DNA of 64,000 bases from an uncultured bacterium. GTDB lineage: Bacteria; Bacteroidota; Rhodothermia; Balneolales; DATFMH01. Position numbers and translations under genes: made by a program. The notes beneath the pieces are model-generated. The model did no database searches. It saw nothing but the letters and a program-made list of their open reading frames with translations, and was not told the DNA's origin. Location: contig CAWBCD010000023.1 of assembly GCA_963787205.1 (NCBI GenBank), forward strand, positions 99,587-163,586, written 5' to 3'. Position 1 is the stretch's first letter. Each line of letters begins with the position of its first letter. Shown piece after piece: positions 8,517 through 18,995 of this stretch.

Positions 8517-9473
8517 TCAGTCACCACCTTTAAGCTTGTCGTATTCGGTGATATGACCCGTATCCATTTTAGTCAGCAGGCGATAAACCTCGAGTCGTTG
8601 ATCCACTTTCGCATCATGGAAGACAGAGACATACTCTTTATACTTTGTATTAAAGATCAGGTCAAATGGATAGTTTTCTGTGGTGTTTTGCTGAGTTTGG
8701 TAAAGGATGTTCAATGCCTGCAGGATATTCTCTCTGGCCTTCTCTGCATTAATCGTGAACATATCCAGTCCCTTTCGATGATAGATATAATTGTATTTTC
8801 TGATCCCCGCATAATTGGGATTAAGCAAATTGGTTATCAATGTATATCGACTCCGCGGACCGGATGAGGAACTCCATCCCCCACCGGCACCGACTCCCTG
8901 AGCCAGGTCAACCACTTTCTGGGCTTTAGTGAAATATGGTGTTCCTCCCATCAGGGAAAAGGAGTCATAATCAAATCCAAGAACAAGGTAGCTGTAGTAA
9001 TCAAGCATCGAGGCGATATCATCATATTGAAACTCGTCGTGGACGATACTTCTGTTCGGCCGATAACTGAAGTTCCAGTCGTCGGACAACACCAGGATAG
9101 GTGTCTGTGAAACCGTGTTATAGATGGGACGCTGCGACTGTAACACCAGTGTGGCCTTAACGTTGTAATTATTATCCACCTGATTGATAATCACCTGGAT
9201 ATTGAACTTGATACGTTCGTAATCCTGAAACTTGTCCGAGGTCCAGTGATAGTCGTTGATGTACGATTCTATTGCTGGTTTCAGGTTATTCAGATAATCC
9301 ACGTTCGAGCTGTTTACCTGGCTCATATCCAGCGAAACGGTACAATCCAGTTCCTGAGCCCTGGCATTCCAGCCGCCAATCAACAAGATTAGAAAACTTA
9401 AGTAAACTATTTTTTTCCAATCATTCTGTAATGACCGGCGAAGTTGTGTGTCATATAAAGTAGATGCCTTCAT
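8517..9473 (-). CDS. DUF4835 family protein (PorD-like, T9SS-associated)
   Basis: AQELDCTV mature N-terminus, QSQRPIYN, LGFDYDSFS, YHRKGLD. Confidence 0.8.
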   Translation of the reverse strand: MKASTLYDTQLRRSLQNDWKKIVYLSFLILLIGGWNARAQELDCTVSLDMSQVNSSNVDYLNNLKPAIESYINDYHWTSDKFQDYERIKFNIQVIINQVDNNYNVKATLVLQSQRPIYNTVSQTPILVLSDDWNFSYRPNRSIVHDEFQYDDIASMLDYYSYLVLGFDYDSFSLMGGTPYFTKAQKVVDLAQGVGAGGGWSSSSGPRSRYTLITNLLNPNYAGIRKYNYIYHRKGLDMFTINAEKARENILQALNILYQTQQNTTENYPFDLIFNTKYKEYVSVFHDAKVDQRLEVYRLLTKMDTGHITEYDKLKGGD

Positions 9474-9511
9474 TTGGCGGGATAACTGAGTACATTCATT
9501 GAGAGAGGATC

Positions 9512-10348
9512 ATGATACGAAGAAAGAGAGGGATTTTCAGCGTTATTAACGCACGTGCAACCTGTCTGTTGTCACTTTTTCTGTTATGCGGTGGGACGAG
9601 CCAGGCCCAGGCACTTATGGGTGCCCGGCTGTCGGGACTTGCCGGTGCCGTTACTGCGATTCCTGATGATTCCTGGCAAGTGTTTGGAAACCCTGCTATG
9701 ATCCCTGTCGATAAGACCACTTTTTCAGTATATACACGCCGGAACTACAACCTGGCGGAACTGACAGATTACGCGGGTACCTTCACCTGGAATCATGATA
9801 ATCTGACACTGGGTGGCGGGGCCAACTCATTTGGTAACGACCGGTACAGACAAACCCGCTTCCTTATCGCCGGAATGAGACGTTTTAAGTTTCTAAGAGT
9901 CGGTCTGAGGGTTTCATACACTAGAATTTCACTGGCCCCTCCCTATGGTTCGGCCGGTCAGTTCGGCATTGATGCCGGTTTTGGAATCCGGGCACTCCCA
10001 CACCTCTGGATTGGCGCCTTTGCAACCAACATCAATAGTCCTAAGCTGGGGAAAGCTTTGGAGCCCCTCCCTCAAACCCTTGATATCGGATTATCCTGGA
10101 TGCCAGCCTCAAAAGTTTTCATTGCCACAGGAATCCACAAGGATATCCGCTTCCCTGTATCCGTAAGATCGGGTATTGAATGGCATCCGGTTTCAGTGTT
10201 CGCATTGCGGGTTGGAGTGACTACGAAACCGACGACATATACCATCGGTTCCGGCATCGGTATCGGCCGCCTTAGTGCAAACATAGTGGCACAGCACCAT
10301 CAATGGCTGGGTTGGAGCCCGGGAATTGATATTGGGTTAAACCTGTAG
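9512..10348 (+). CDS. PorV/PorQ-like outer-membrane beta-barrel protein
   Basis: Signal peptide, GARLSGLAGA...FGNPA motif typical of FadL/PorV-like barrels, alternating beta strands. Confidence 0.65.
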   Translation: MIRRKRGIFSVINARATCLLSLFLLCGGTSQAQALMGARLSGLAGAVTAIPDDSWQVFGNPAMIPVDKTTFSVYTRRNYNLAELTDYAGTFTWNHDNLTLGGGANSFGNDRYRQTRFLIAGMRRFKFLRVGLRVSYTRISLAPPYGSAGQFGIDAGFGIRALPHLWIGAFATNINSPKLGKALEPLPQTLDIGLSWMPASKVFIATGIHKDIRFPVSVRSGIEWHPVSVFALRVGVTTKPTTYTIGSGIGIGRLSANIVAQHHQWLGWSPGIDIGLNL

Positions 10349-10352
10349 AGTC

Positions 10353-12389
10353 ATGAAAAGATACTTGATACTGCTTGTCGGCCTGCTTCTTATGTCAGCC
10401 AATGCGTACCCACAGGTTCAGGATTCCACTCTCAGGATAATAGAAAATCAATCGGAACTGAATGCTGAAAAATCGGAATCAGGCGATGCCGCATCCACTG
10501 CAGAACAAGAGATGAATTTTCTGGAACAGTTGATTCAACACCCGATAGATCCGAACACGGCCTCTGCTGACGAACTGCAGCAAATTCCAGCCCTGGATCT
10601 CAAAACAGCGAATCGGATTGTGACATTCAGACAAACCCATTTGTTTGAGAATCTATCCGAACTCGAAAAAGTTACAGGTATTGGAAAAGTGACGTTAAAA
10701 CGTATTCGCCCGTTTTTGCGAATCAGCAGATCTTTATTACACAAAAATCCCCATTTCTGGACCGGCGGATTTCGCGGTCAGTATCTGGCAAGGTTTCAAC
10801 AGACGCTCACACCTCAGAAAGGTTATCAGGCTGATTCCGGAAAGACAGGCTACCTCGGAGGTCCGGCACACGCTTATCAGCGGCTGACGCTTTACAACAG
10901 GCATCTGTCACTGAATATCACTCAGGACAAAGATCCCGGTGAAGCATGGGACGGCAAACTTGGATTCGACTATACATCCGGGCATTTCGCTGTCTATGAC
11001 GTGGGTATTTTGCGCCGAATAGTTGTCGGGGATTATAGCCTGAACTTCGGACAGGGACTTAATATCCGAACAAGCGGATCAATGGGAATGGGCAGTGAAG
11101 TGGTTACCGGCGCCATCCTGAGCGGCCGGGGGTTGCGGCCTTATACCTCCTCAGACGAAAACCATTTCTTCCGCGGGATTGCAGCTACTGTTGGAAATCG
11201 TCTGTCTGCAACATTTTTTTACTCCAGGCGCCGATACAGCGCTACGACCATTGATGGAGATACCATTTCATATCCTAGCTTTACCGGTTATTACCGCACA
11301 CCAACTGAGTTTGGCCGCCGCTATGATATTGGTGCAATAATGTACGGAGGTCATTTGGAATGGACATTCCAATATGGCAATGCAGGATTGACGGCATATC
11401 ATAATCGTTTCGATCACTATATCGCTCCCGATGACCGATACTACCGTCTCTATTATTTTTCAGGAACGAATGCGGAAGTCGTAAGTCTCGATTATCAGTT
11501 TCATCTGTCAAATCAAATCATTTTTGGTGAAGCAGCGAGAAGTGACAATAATGCTTATGCATTTATCACCGGAATTCGATCACATTTAAGTAAGAATGCT
11601 GAATTACTCGTCTCCTGGCGAAACTATGACTATCGCTTTCAATCTATTTTCGGGAACGCGCTCTCCCAAAAATCGGGTAATCCGCAGAATGAGCAGGGGT
11701 TTTATGCCGGATTAAAAATCCGGTTTTGGGGGAAGATGACATTTCGCACCTATTTCGACCAGTTCTACTTCCCGGAACCACGGTACAGGGTGCATAGTAA
11801 GTCGCAGGGTTGGGAATGGTTGGGATTCCTTGATTTCGACAACAAGACTGGTTTATCAGCAGCACTTCTGGGCAGTTATCAAACAAACGGTATCGATGAG
11901 AACGCCATTGATTTTCTGGGGCGTGGTTTCCGATTTACAGGAGGTCAGAATCGATTGCGTTTGAGAGGACAGGTCGAAGGGGCTCCTGATGCCTATTTGC
12001 GATTTCGGTCACGTATTGAATGGGTTCGATATGCAGCTTCAAATAGTAATAGCTCTACCGGACTTCTTCTTTATCAAGACGTAAGATGGCTGCCTTTTAA
12101 AACAATCCGGCTGGATTTTCGGTACTGTTTCTTTGATACCGACGATTATAACTCGCGTGTCTATGCATTCGAGAATGATCTGTTTAATGTGTTTCATATT
12201 CCCTCATTTTACGGCCGGGGCAGACGCATCTATCTTCTTGTTAAATGGTCTTTATTACGACATATCACCTTATGGGGCAAACTGGGAGTCACACAATACA
12301 TTGATCGAAAAACAATAGGGAGTGGACTGAGCCTGATAAATGGAAATAAAAAAGAAGACCTGGGACTGATGATGCGACTGACACTGTGA
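10353..12389 (+). CDS. helix-hairpin-helix (ComEA-like) domain outer-membrane protein
   Basis: DPNTASADELQQIP and LEKVTGIGKVT HhH motifs, followed by KDPGE and a beta-rich C-terminal region. Confidence 0.8.
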   Translation: MKRYLILLVGLLLMSANAYPQVQDSTLRIIENQSELNAEKSESGDAASTAEQEMNFLEQLIQHPIDPNTASADELQQIPALDLKTANRIVTFRQTHLFENLSELEKVTGIGKVTLKRIRPFLRISRSLLHKNPHFWTGGFRGQYLARFQQTLTPQKGYQADSGKTGYLGGPAHAYQRLTLYNRHLSLNITQDKDPGEAWDGKLGFDYTSGHFAVYDVGILRRIVVGDYSLNFGQGLNIRTSGSMGMGSEVVTGAILSGRGLRPYTSSDENHFFRGIAATVGNRLSATFFYSRRRYSATTIDGDTISYPSFTGYYRTPTEFGRRYDIGAIMYGGHLEWTFQYGNAGLTAYHNRFDHYIAPDDRYYRLYYFSGTNAEVVSLDYQFHLSNQIIFGEAARSDNNAYAFITGIRSHLSKNAELLVSWRNYDYRFQSIFGNALSQKSGNPQNEQGFYAGLKIRFWGKMTFRTYFDQFYFPEPRYRVHSKSQGWEWLGFLDFDNKTGLSAALLGSYQTNGIDENAIDFLGRGFRFTGGQNRLRLRGQVEGAPDAYLRFRSRIEWVRYAASNSNSSTGLLLYQDVRWLPFKTIRLDFRYCFFDTDDYNSRVYAFENDLFNVFHIPSFYGRGRRIYLLVKWSLLRHITLWGKLGVTQYIDRKTIGSGLSLINGNKKEDLGLMMRLTL

Positions 12390-12685
12390 CGGGTTAATGG
12401 TGTGTTGTAAGTTTCCCCCCCGTGTTCTGTCTACGGTAAAAATGGAGCCATTCCTGTTCACACCCCCGGAGAAACGACTCCTTCAAGACGCTCCAGGACC
12501 CCTGCTAATTCATCATTTGTAATTTCTGCTACCATGATACTTCCTTTTCATGTGTTCACCCTATGTATGAAACACGAAAAACATGGGAAGTGATCACTTT
12601 AATCAAGGCTATCAAGCGCTGTGAATAGCAGACAAGGTGCTCTCACTCCATTTTCAAATTTCTACTTTCTGATAACTAACGACAC

Positions 12686-13510
12686 TCAATACAGCGCCAT
12701 CGAAAACCGTCTGCGGTACTGTTGAGTAAGCGGATGCTGATTGTCCAGCATAGTGAATATAGCGATACAAGCCTTGCGCGGACCATCTTCATCAATCGTG
12801 CGATCACGGATCAGGCAATCAATAAACCTCTCAAGAGCTTCCTGAAAATCCTCTTTAAACAAAGATTTCGCTGCCTCTCTGTATTTTTCTGCAACCCCAT
12901 CAATAGTCGACGTTACCTGGGCTTTCCCGTTTTGCAGATCTTTCAGATGTTGCACGGTCTGAAGAGTCTCTCTTTCTATTTCAAATTTTGTACTCCCTCC
13001 TGTCTTCTCAAAGAGTTTTCGGGATGATTCAATGTCTCCAGGTAATATTAGCATTGCAAGTTTGGCAACGGATTCCAGATCACCAGGATCATTTTTCACT
13101 ACCTTTTCCACAAGCTTACGGGCTCGTTTACGATCACCGCTTGCCAGCAACTGTTCCAGTTGTTCTTTACTCTCCGTCTCCCCCTCTGATTCCGGAAGAT
13201 TTTGTATTAGCCACTTGAGAACAGCCGGCTCCGGTTGGGCACCCTGGAATTCAGCGATAATCTTTTTCTGATAAACCATTTTTACCGATGGGATGCCCCG
13301 AATTCCAAATTGCGCTGCCAGTTGTGGATTCTGTTCGGTGTCAATCTTTACCAGTTTCCATTTTCCACGAGCTTCTCCGGCAAGTTTCTCCAGCACGGGG
13401 CTCAGTACCCGGCATGGTCCACACCACTCTGCCCAAAAATCCAGAACGACAGGGATGGTCTCACTCGCTTCGATTACATCTTTTCGAAAATCCTGTATTT
13501 CGTAATTCAT
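12686..13510 (-). CDS. thioredoxin-TPR co-chaperone (CnoX/YbbN family)
   Basis: DFWAEWCGPC thioredoxin site; C-terminal YRRRFSMALY. Confidence 0.9.
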   Translation of the reverse strand: MNYEIQDFRKDVIEASETIPVVLDFWAEWCGPCRVLSPVLEKLAGEARGKWKLVKIDTEQNPQLAAQFGIRGIPSVKMVYQKKIIAEFQGAQPEPAVLKWLIQNLPESEGETESKEQLEQLLASGDRKRARKLVEKVVKNDPGDLESVAKLAMLILPGDIESSRKLFEKTGGSTKFEIERETLQTVQHLKDLQNGKAQVTSTIDGVAEKYREAAKSLFKEDFQEALERFIDCLIRDRTIDEDGPRKACIAIFTMLDNQHPLTQQYRRRFSMALY

Positions 13511-13744
13511 AACTGCACCCTTCTCATGAATATTGAATTCACTCCTACCTAAATAATTTGATTAACTCAGAAACCTGAAATTTCAGCAAAATCAGCAGAT
13601 TTTATTTGATGAACCTGCGGCTTTGCTAAACGCAAGCGGTGGGATCAAGAATCCGGCTAAGCACTATATAAGAAAGGCCGGATTACAACGAACCGGCCAC
13701 CTAAAACAAAATCGCCTTAATTGGATAAGAAAAAACCGGTATGT

Positions 13745-13960
13745 TCAGGCTTCATCTTCATCCACATTTTCCACGCGATACGGAACCACGGATTCAAGGC
13801 TGTCCCCGTTCCTGGTCGTTGTCAAATACTTATTCCGTTCCTGCAGGGCGTCATGTAGCTGAGAATCCTTGATCCAGGCTCTGCCTCCATCATGTTTGAG
13901 ACGATAACGATTCTTATATGTTAAAGCCGCGCGATGAATATCTGGCAATTTTTTTATCAT
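13745..13960 (-). CDS. small hypothetical protein
   Basis: 71-aa ORF with GAGG SD-like sequence upstream; fills an otherwise empty gap. Confidence 0.5.
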   Translation of the reverse strand: MIKKLPDIHRAALTYKNRYRLKHDGGRAWIKDSQLHDALQERNKYLTTTRNGDSLESVVPYRVENVDEDEA

Positions 13961-14122
13961 CTTTTTCCTCTTCAGTTATTCAGTTAACCAATGGGATCTA
14001 AATTAGCAGATTCCGCTGAAGTGTTCCACTCAAAGTTAACGGTAAAAAATTTGATATAATTTCCTGAACTCTTATCTTTGGTTTCTGTAAGAAATTTAAC
14101 TTTAAGCTATCTCCCAGATATA

Positions 14123-14434
14123 ATGTACGCAATTGTTGAAATTGGCGGGCATCAATACAAAGTAGCCGAGAACGACTTAATTTATGTGGATCATCTTGCA
14201 AATGACATAGACGAAAAGGTCGACTTCGACCGTATTCTTCTGGTCAATGATGATAAGAAAGTCCATGTCGGAAAGCCGGTTGTAGAAGGTGCCAAGATTC
14301 AGGCTACCGTGGTAGACCACGTGAAAGCCGATAAACTTATCGTATTTAAGAAAAAACGGCGCAAGGGGTATCAAAAGCGTACCGGTCATCGTCAAAAACT
14401 GACCCAGATACGCATCGATAAACTTACCGTTTGA
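14123..14434 (+). CDS. rplU: 50S ribosomal protein L21
   Basis: MYAIVEIGGHQYKV...FKKKRRKGY...GHRQ; start set at ATG 14123. Confidence 0.97.
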   Translation: MYAIVEIGGHQYKVAENDLIYVDHLANDIDEKVDFDRILLVNDDKKVHVGKPVVEGAKIQATVVDHVKADKLIVFKKKRRKGYQKRTGHRQKLTQIRIDKLTV

Positions 14435-14478
14435 TACGAATTTCTCACGTAGTGAATCATCAGAAACAGTAAGCAGTT

Positions 14479-14733
14479 ATGGCTCATAAAAAAGGTGGCG
14501 GCTCAACTAAAAATGGTCGCGATTCCGTTTCAAAACGCCTTGGTGTAAAAAAATTTGGTGGCGAGCATGTTCTTGCCGGAAACATCATTGTGCGTCAACG
14601 TGGCACTAAATTCCATCCGGGTAAAAATGTTGGTTTAGGTAACGATTATACAATCTTTGCTACCCAGGAAGGCACCGTCCGTTTTACCAAAGGTCAGAAT
14701 GACCGCCGGTTCGTTCATGTAGATCCGAACTGA
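14479..14733 (+). CDS. rpmA: 50S ribosomal protein L27
   Basis: [16 protein letters not shown]...[13 protein letters not shown]. Confidence 0.98.
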   Translation: MAHKKGGGSTKNGRDSVSKRLGVKKFGGEHVLAGNIIVRQRGTKFHPGKNVGLGNDYTIFATQEGTVRFTKGQNDRRFVHVDPN

Positions 14734-14760
14734 ACCATCTGAAATTTTTTTTCTGTAATT

Positions 14761-14791
14761 GGCCTTAGTGTTTTCTACACTAGGGCTTTTT
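14761..14791 (+). terminator. intrinsic terminator of rplU-rpmA
   Basis: GGCCTTAGTG / CACTAGGGCT stem followed by a T run. Confidence 0.65.
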
Positions 14792-14803
14792 ATCATCTTA
14801 TCT

Positions 14804-15466
14804 ATGCGCGATTCGATCACTATTCCCGGTCTGGAACGCCGATTACGAATAAATACGATTTTTGGGATTGGAAGGAATTATGTAGCTCATGCCCATGAGC
14901 TCAAAAATGAAGTTCCCAAAAATCCTGTCATATTCATTAAACCTGTTACCTCCATCATCTATTCCGGTGACAATATCCAGATTCCTTTCCAGAGCCAGGA
15001 TGTTCATTATGAGACAGAGATTGTGGTTGCAATCGGGAAAACCGGTAAAAATATTCCCGTACAGGATGCTCTGAGCCACGTTGAAGGTTACGGCATTGGT
15101 ATTGATGTCACGGCGCGCGATCTCCAGACACAAGCCAAATCCAAGTCACTTCCGTGGGCGGTCAGCAAAGGATTCGACACGTTTGCTCCCATCAGTAACT
15201 TTATTCCTGCCGGCAAGGTTGATGATCCCCAGCAACTAACGTTTGAGCTTGAACAGAATGGAGAGATCAAACAGCGCGGAGACACCTCAAAGATGATTTT
15301 CCCTGTGGCGCATCTGATCTCCGAACTTTCGCATTTTTTCACGTTAAACCCCGGCGATCTCATCTTTACAGGAACTCCTGAAGGGGTTGGACCGATACAT
15401 TCAGGAGATCATCTCAGGGCAACCCTTTGTGGAAAAAATGTGGTTCTGGAAGTCGGTGTCAGCTAA
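14804..15466 (+). CDS. fumarylacetoacetate hydrolase family protein
   Basis: IGRNYVAHAHE, HYETE, DVTARDLQ, KGFDTF and GDLIFTGTPEGVG; start set after the terminator. Confidence 0.93.
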   Translation: MRDSITIPGLERRLRINTIFGIGRNYVAHAHELKNEVPKNPVIFIKPVTSIIYSGDNIQIPFQSQDVHYETEIVVAIGKTGKNIPVQDALSHVEGYGIGIDVTARDLQTQAKSKSLPWAVSKGFDTFAPISNFIPAGKVDDPQQLTFELEQNGEIKQRGDTSKMIFPVAHLISELSHFFTLNPGDLIFTGTPEGVGPIHSGDHLRATLCGKNVVLEVGVS

Positions 15467-15574
15467 AAACCGATAAAAATTCTTTGCAAAACTGCAAAGC
15501 GGGAGATAATTTACGCAGGTGGCTGCCTCAAAGGCCGAAGATAAAATCTCAATCCACTCCAACAGAACAGGCTC

Positions 15575-17494
15575 TTGCGTACCCGTCTCATACTCTTCAC
15601 CACTATTGCTGCATTAATATTCGCAGGGAAGCAACTTCCCGCAACCGCACAGACACTTCCGCCCTATCTCTCGCACAATATCAAATGGTTGTGGCCAACC
15701 GATGCCAGCCACGACATTTCGTCTACTTTTGCAGAAACGAGGGCCGGCCATTTTCATGCCGCACTGGACATCAAAACATGGGGGCGGCGTGGATATCCCG
15801 TTTATGCGACCCGATCCGGGATATTGTACAGACTGGGTGTCGATCCGTACGGCTACGGAAATGTCGTTTACCTCAGACATAAAGATGGATCATTCTCCGT
15901 ATATGCTCATCTGGAAGACTTCATCCCGGAAATCCGGCATCTTGTAGATTCGTTGCGTCTCCAGACGTATGAATTCAGCTTCGACCGGATAATGACGAAG
16001 TATCACATCTATTTTAAGCAAGGTGATGTTATTGGATACACCGGATCATCGGGAATTGGTCCGCCGCATCTGCATTTCGAATTACGCACGCCGCTGGAAC
16101 ACCCTTTTAACCCGTTTTTAACGAATCTGAGAGTCAAAGATCACCGGCCGCCTTATGTCCAGGGATTGTCTATAGAGCCTATTTCGGAAAACGCAACCAT
16201 TGAAGGTAAAAAGGAAATTTACACCGAACGGCCGCGCAGAACCAGGCAAGGATACGATTTCGGCACCATAAGGGTCAGCGGTGCTGTCGGCCTTGGTATA
16301 GAAGCGGGTGATCATTCCGATGGAGTACACAATTCATATGCTGTCTACCGGCTCATGCTCAGGCAGGACACAACCGTCTATTTCAAATCTGAAGTCGACA
16401 GTTTCTCCTACTCCAACACCCACCAGATGGATCTGGACAGGATCTATCGGCTCCTTAAGCATAAGGGAGAGGCTTATCAACGCCTGTATGTAAAAGATGG
16501 CAACACGCTGACCTTTTATAAGCAGCTCAAAAATCGTGGTGTCCTCGATTTACCCAATGGACGTTACCGGTTTACCATCACGGCGTCCGATTTTTTCGGT
16601 AACAAAACGAACGCTTATGTAACGCTCATATTTGAAAATCCACCCTCCGTATCATCGAATGATACAAAGGGTGAAAGCTCATCTAAAAGGCATCGGGGGA
16701 ATTGGTTTTGGGCGGATAATTGGGTGTCTATGCCTGCCGGTGAATCGGTTGCTACGGAGAATAGCAGTGGTCCCAATACAAGTATTATTTCATATGAAGG
16801 GAACAGTAAAGTCATCAGTTTACGTCATCAGGATATATTGCCCATCAAACTGCCTGACCGTATGGCAACGCTTTATCGCATCTATCCCGGACATTCAAAG
16901 ACAATTTCATCAGATGATCATACCATCTCAGCCGGATTTGGACGCAACACGCTATACGATACTCTTAGTGTTTATTTGAATAACGGCTATCGTCACGGAC
17001 TCCCGTGGTTTTCGGTATTACCTGATATCGAACCTGTTAAAGGCTCAATTTACATGAGTATAAAATTGCCAGATTCTCTCTCCGGTAAACCAGGGTTGGC
17101 CATCTACTCTGTCAATCCACGCCATAGAAAACGATACGATTTTGTAGCCACCATGCATAGTCAGGATCTTCTGAGTGCGCATATCACAAGTTTTGGAAAA
17201 TATCGCGTGCTTCAGGATACCATGCCCCCCGGCATTACCCATCCCGAACTCGTTCGCAGGCATGGGCACTGGCTAATTGCAGTATCTGTAAAAGATAATC
17301 TTTCAGGTGTGGACAATGAGCGTACAGTTATTTACTGTAATGGTATCAGGGGTATTCCGGATTTTGACCCGGAAGGCCATAAGATTTTATACTATCGCCC
17401 TGATTTCAAACCAAAGGCGGTCAACAAATTGAGGGTCACAGCATATGATAATATTGGCAATCATCGAACCTCCGAATTCACTGTCACCCGGTAA
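15575..17494 (+). CDS. M23 family metallopeptidase
   Basis: HFHAALD, GYGN, YAHL and GPPHLHFE motifs; signal peptide. Confidence 0.9.
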   Translation: MRTRLILFTTIAALIFAGKQLPATAQTLPPYLSHNIKWLWPTDASHDISSTFAETRAGHFHAALDIKTWGRRGYPVYATRSGILYRLGVDPYGYGNVVYLRHKDGSFSVYAHLEDFIPEIRHLVDSLRLQTYEFSFDRIMTKYHIYFKQGDVIGYTGSSGIGPPHLHFELRTPLEHPFNPFLTNLRVKDHRPPYVQGLSIEPISENATIEGKKEIYTERPRRTRQGYDFGTIRVSGAVGLGIEAGDHSDGVHNSYAVYRLMLRQDTTVYFKSEVDSFSYSNTHQMDLDRIYRLLKHKGEAYQRLYVKDGNTLTFYKQLKNRGVLDLPNGRYRFTITASDFFGNKTNAYVTLIFENPPSVSSNDTKGESSSKRHRGNWFWADNWVSMPAGESVATENSSGPNTSIISYEGNSKVISLRHQDILPIKLPDRMATLYRIYPGHSKTISSDDHTISAGFGRNTLYDTLSVYLNNGYRHGLPWFSVLPDIEPVKGSIYMSIKLPDSLSGKPGLAIYSVNPRHRKRYDFVATMHSQDLLSAHITSFGKYRVLQDTMPPGITHPELVRRHGHWLIAVSVKDNLSGVDNERTVIYCNGIRGIPDFDPEGHKILYYRPDFKPKAVNKLRVTAYDNIGNHRTSEFTVTR

Positions 17495-17499
17495 CGAAG

Positions 17500-18942
17500 A
17501 TGGGTAAAACCACTGCTTTATTCACCAGAGCCGCATCGTTCGTCACGCTTCTCGTCGTTATTTTTCTTGGTGGATGCGGCACCCCCAGATACGCCAATGT
17601 CAGTGCCGGGGATCTGCATTCATTTGTTCCCGGTCTACCCAACTTCAATATTGGAGCATTTGGGTACTATGATGAGCATTATTTGCCCGGATTACGGGTT
17701 GATATCAGTATCCCGTATAACAGCCTGATTTTTAAATCAGTAAATAATACCGGACATTTTGAGGCAGATTTTGACATGGAACTCAAAATAACCAGGAAAG
17801 ATACGGCTGATGCTCTTCCTATCGTCAAAAGTTATAACAGGACGATCGATGTAAGTAATTATTCAGCAAGCCGTAGTCTCAAGAATTATCTGATCCATTT
17901 CAAAACAATTTTGGTGCCGGGAACTTATGATGTACAGGCCATACTACTGGATCAGAACTCGGGAAAATCGAGCCAACAGTCGTTACACACTATTATACCA
18001 AACCCGACCAAAAACCAGGTAACCACCACATCGATCGAGCTTCTATCAAAAGGGGGCGGCCCCGGCGCTCCACCAAATTTTGAACCGGTCCTTACCTATC
18101 ACATCTCGCAGAGCGTCGACTCCCTGAAGGCAGCGATTCAGCTGTATCTGAATACTACTAATAACAATCTGAACCTGAAAATGGCCCTTATTAAGTTCAG
18201 GGCGGATTCCACACCGGCACGGCCACCCTACTTTGTCACCCCAATGCAGGGAAGCCTGCAGTATCGGGGCATTGATTTCGGCAAGGCTGATACCATACAG
18301 GTAACCACGCGAAACTACAACGGGTTGGCCGGCGCTATCTCGATAGATTTTCTCTTGCCTAAACTAAAACAGGGGATTTATCGTGCTTCAATCATTGGAA
18401 CGGATATGGCTAATAACACCTCCTTCGTCCGCTCTCGTGATTTTGCTGTTCGAGAACCCGGGTTTCCGCGGCTGACCAATCTCAATGAACTGGCGGAAGC
18501 TACCTACTATATCGCAACCCAGAAGGAATACAAAAACCTGATGAGATATTACAATACCGATTCCCTCAAACAGGCATTCGACAAATTCTGGGCTAATCTA
18601 ATCCCAAACAAAAACAAGGCAAAAGCGGTTATCTCTAGCTATTACAGTCGGGTAGAAGATGCCAACATGCTGTTTTCAAACTACAAGGAAGGATGGAAGA
18701 CTGATCCTGGTATGCTGTACATCGTACTGGGTCCGCCATCTTACGTTGAGCATAATATTGATGGAATGACATGGTACTATCAGCAATTTACTTCCGACGT
18801 GCCCAATACTTTCTATTTCAAGCAGGTCATCAATACACGCGATTTCTTCCCCTTCAACCACTACCTGTTGATGAGGAATATGTACTATCAGCAGGTTTAT
18901 TATACCAGGGTCGAGGACTGGCGTGACGGCATAGTCCCCTAA
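17500..18942 (+). CDS. GWxTD domain-containing lipoprotein
   Basis: Lipobox LGGC; EGWKTDPGMLYIVLGPP. Confidence 0.88.
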   Translation: MGKTTALFTRAASFVTLLVVIFLGGCGTPRYANVSAGDLHSFVPGLPNFNIGAFGYYDEHYLPGLRVDISIPYNSLIFKSVNNTGHFEADFDMELKITRKDTADALPIVKSYNRTIDVSNYSASRSLKNYLIHFKTILVPGTYDVQAILLDQNSGKSSQQSLHTIIPNPTKNQVTTTSIELLSKGGGPGAPPNFEPVLTYHISQSVDSLKAAIQLYLNTTNNNLNLKMALIKFRADSTPARPPYFVTPMQGSLQYRGIDFGKADTIQVTTRNYNGLAGAISIDFLLPKLKQGIYRASIIGTDMANNTSFVRSRDFAVREPGFPRLTNLNELAEATYYIATQKEYKNLMRYYNTDSLKQAFDKFWANLIPNKNKAKAVISSYYSRVEDANMLFSNYKEGWKTDPGMLYIVLGPPSYVEHNIDGMTWYYQQFTSDVPNTFYFKQVINTRDFFPFNHYLLMRNMYYQQVYYTRVEDWRDGIVP

Positions 18943-18995
18943 TCTCGTTCTTTAGGGTAAGGGATATTTCTTATTAAATACTTTTGTGGTCTGTG

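Noticed and set aside
12506-12526. Short AATT-periodic stretch (and one near 1461-1480)
   Set aside because: Only about three degenerate units; not distinguishable from AT-rich background by eye.
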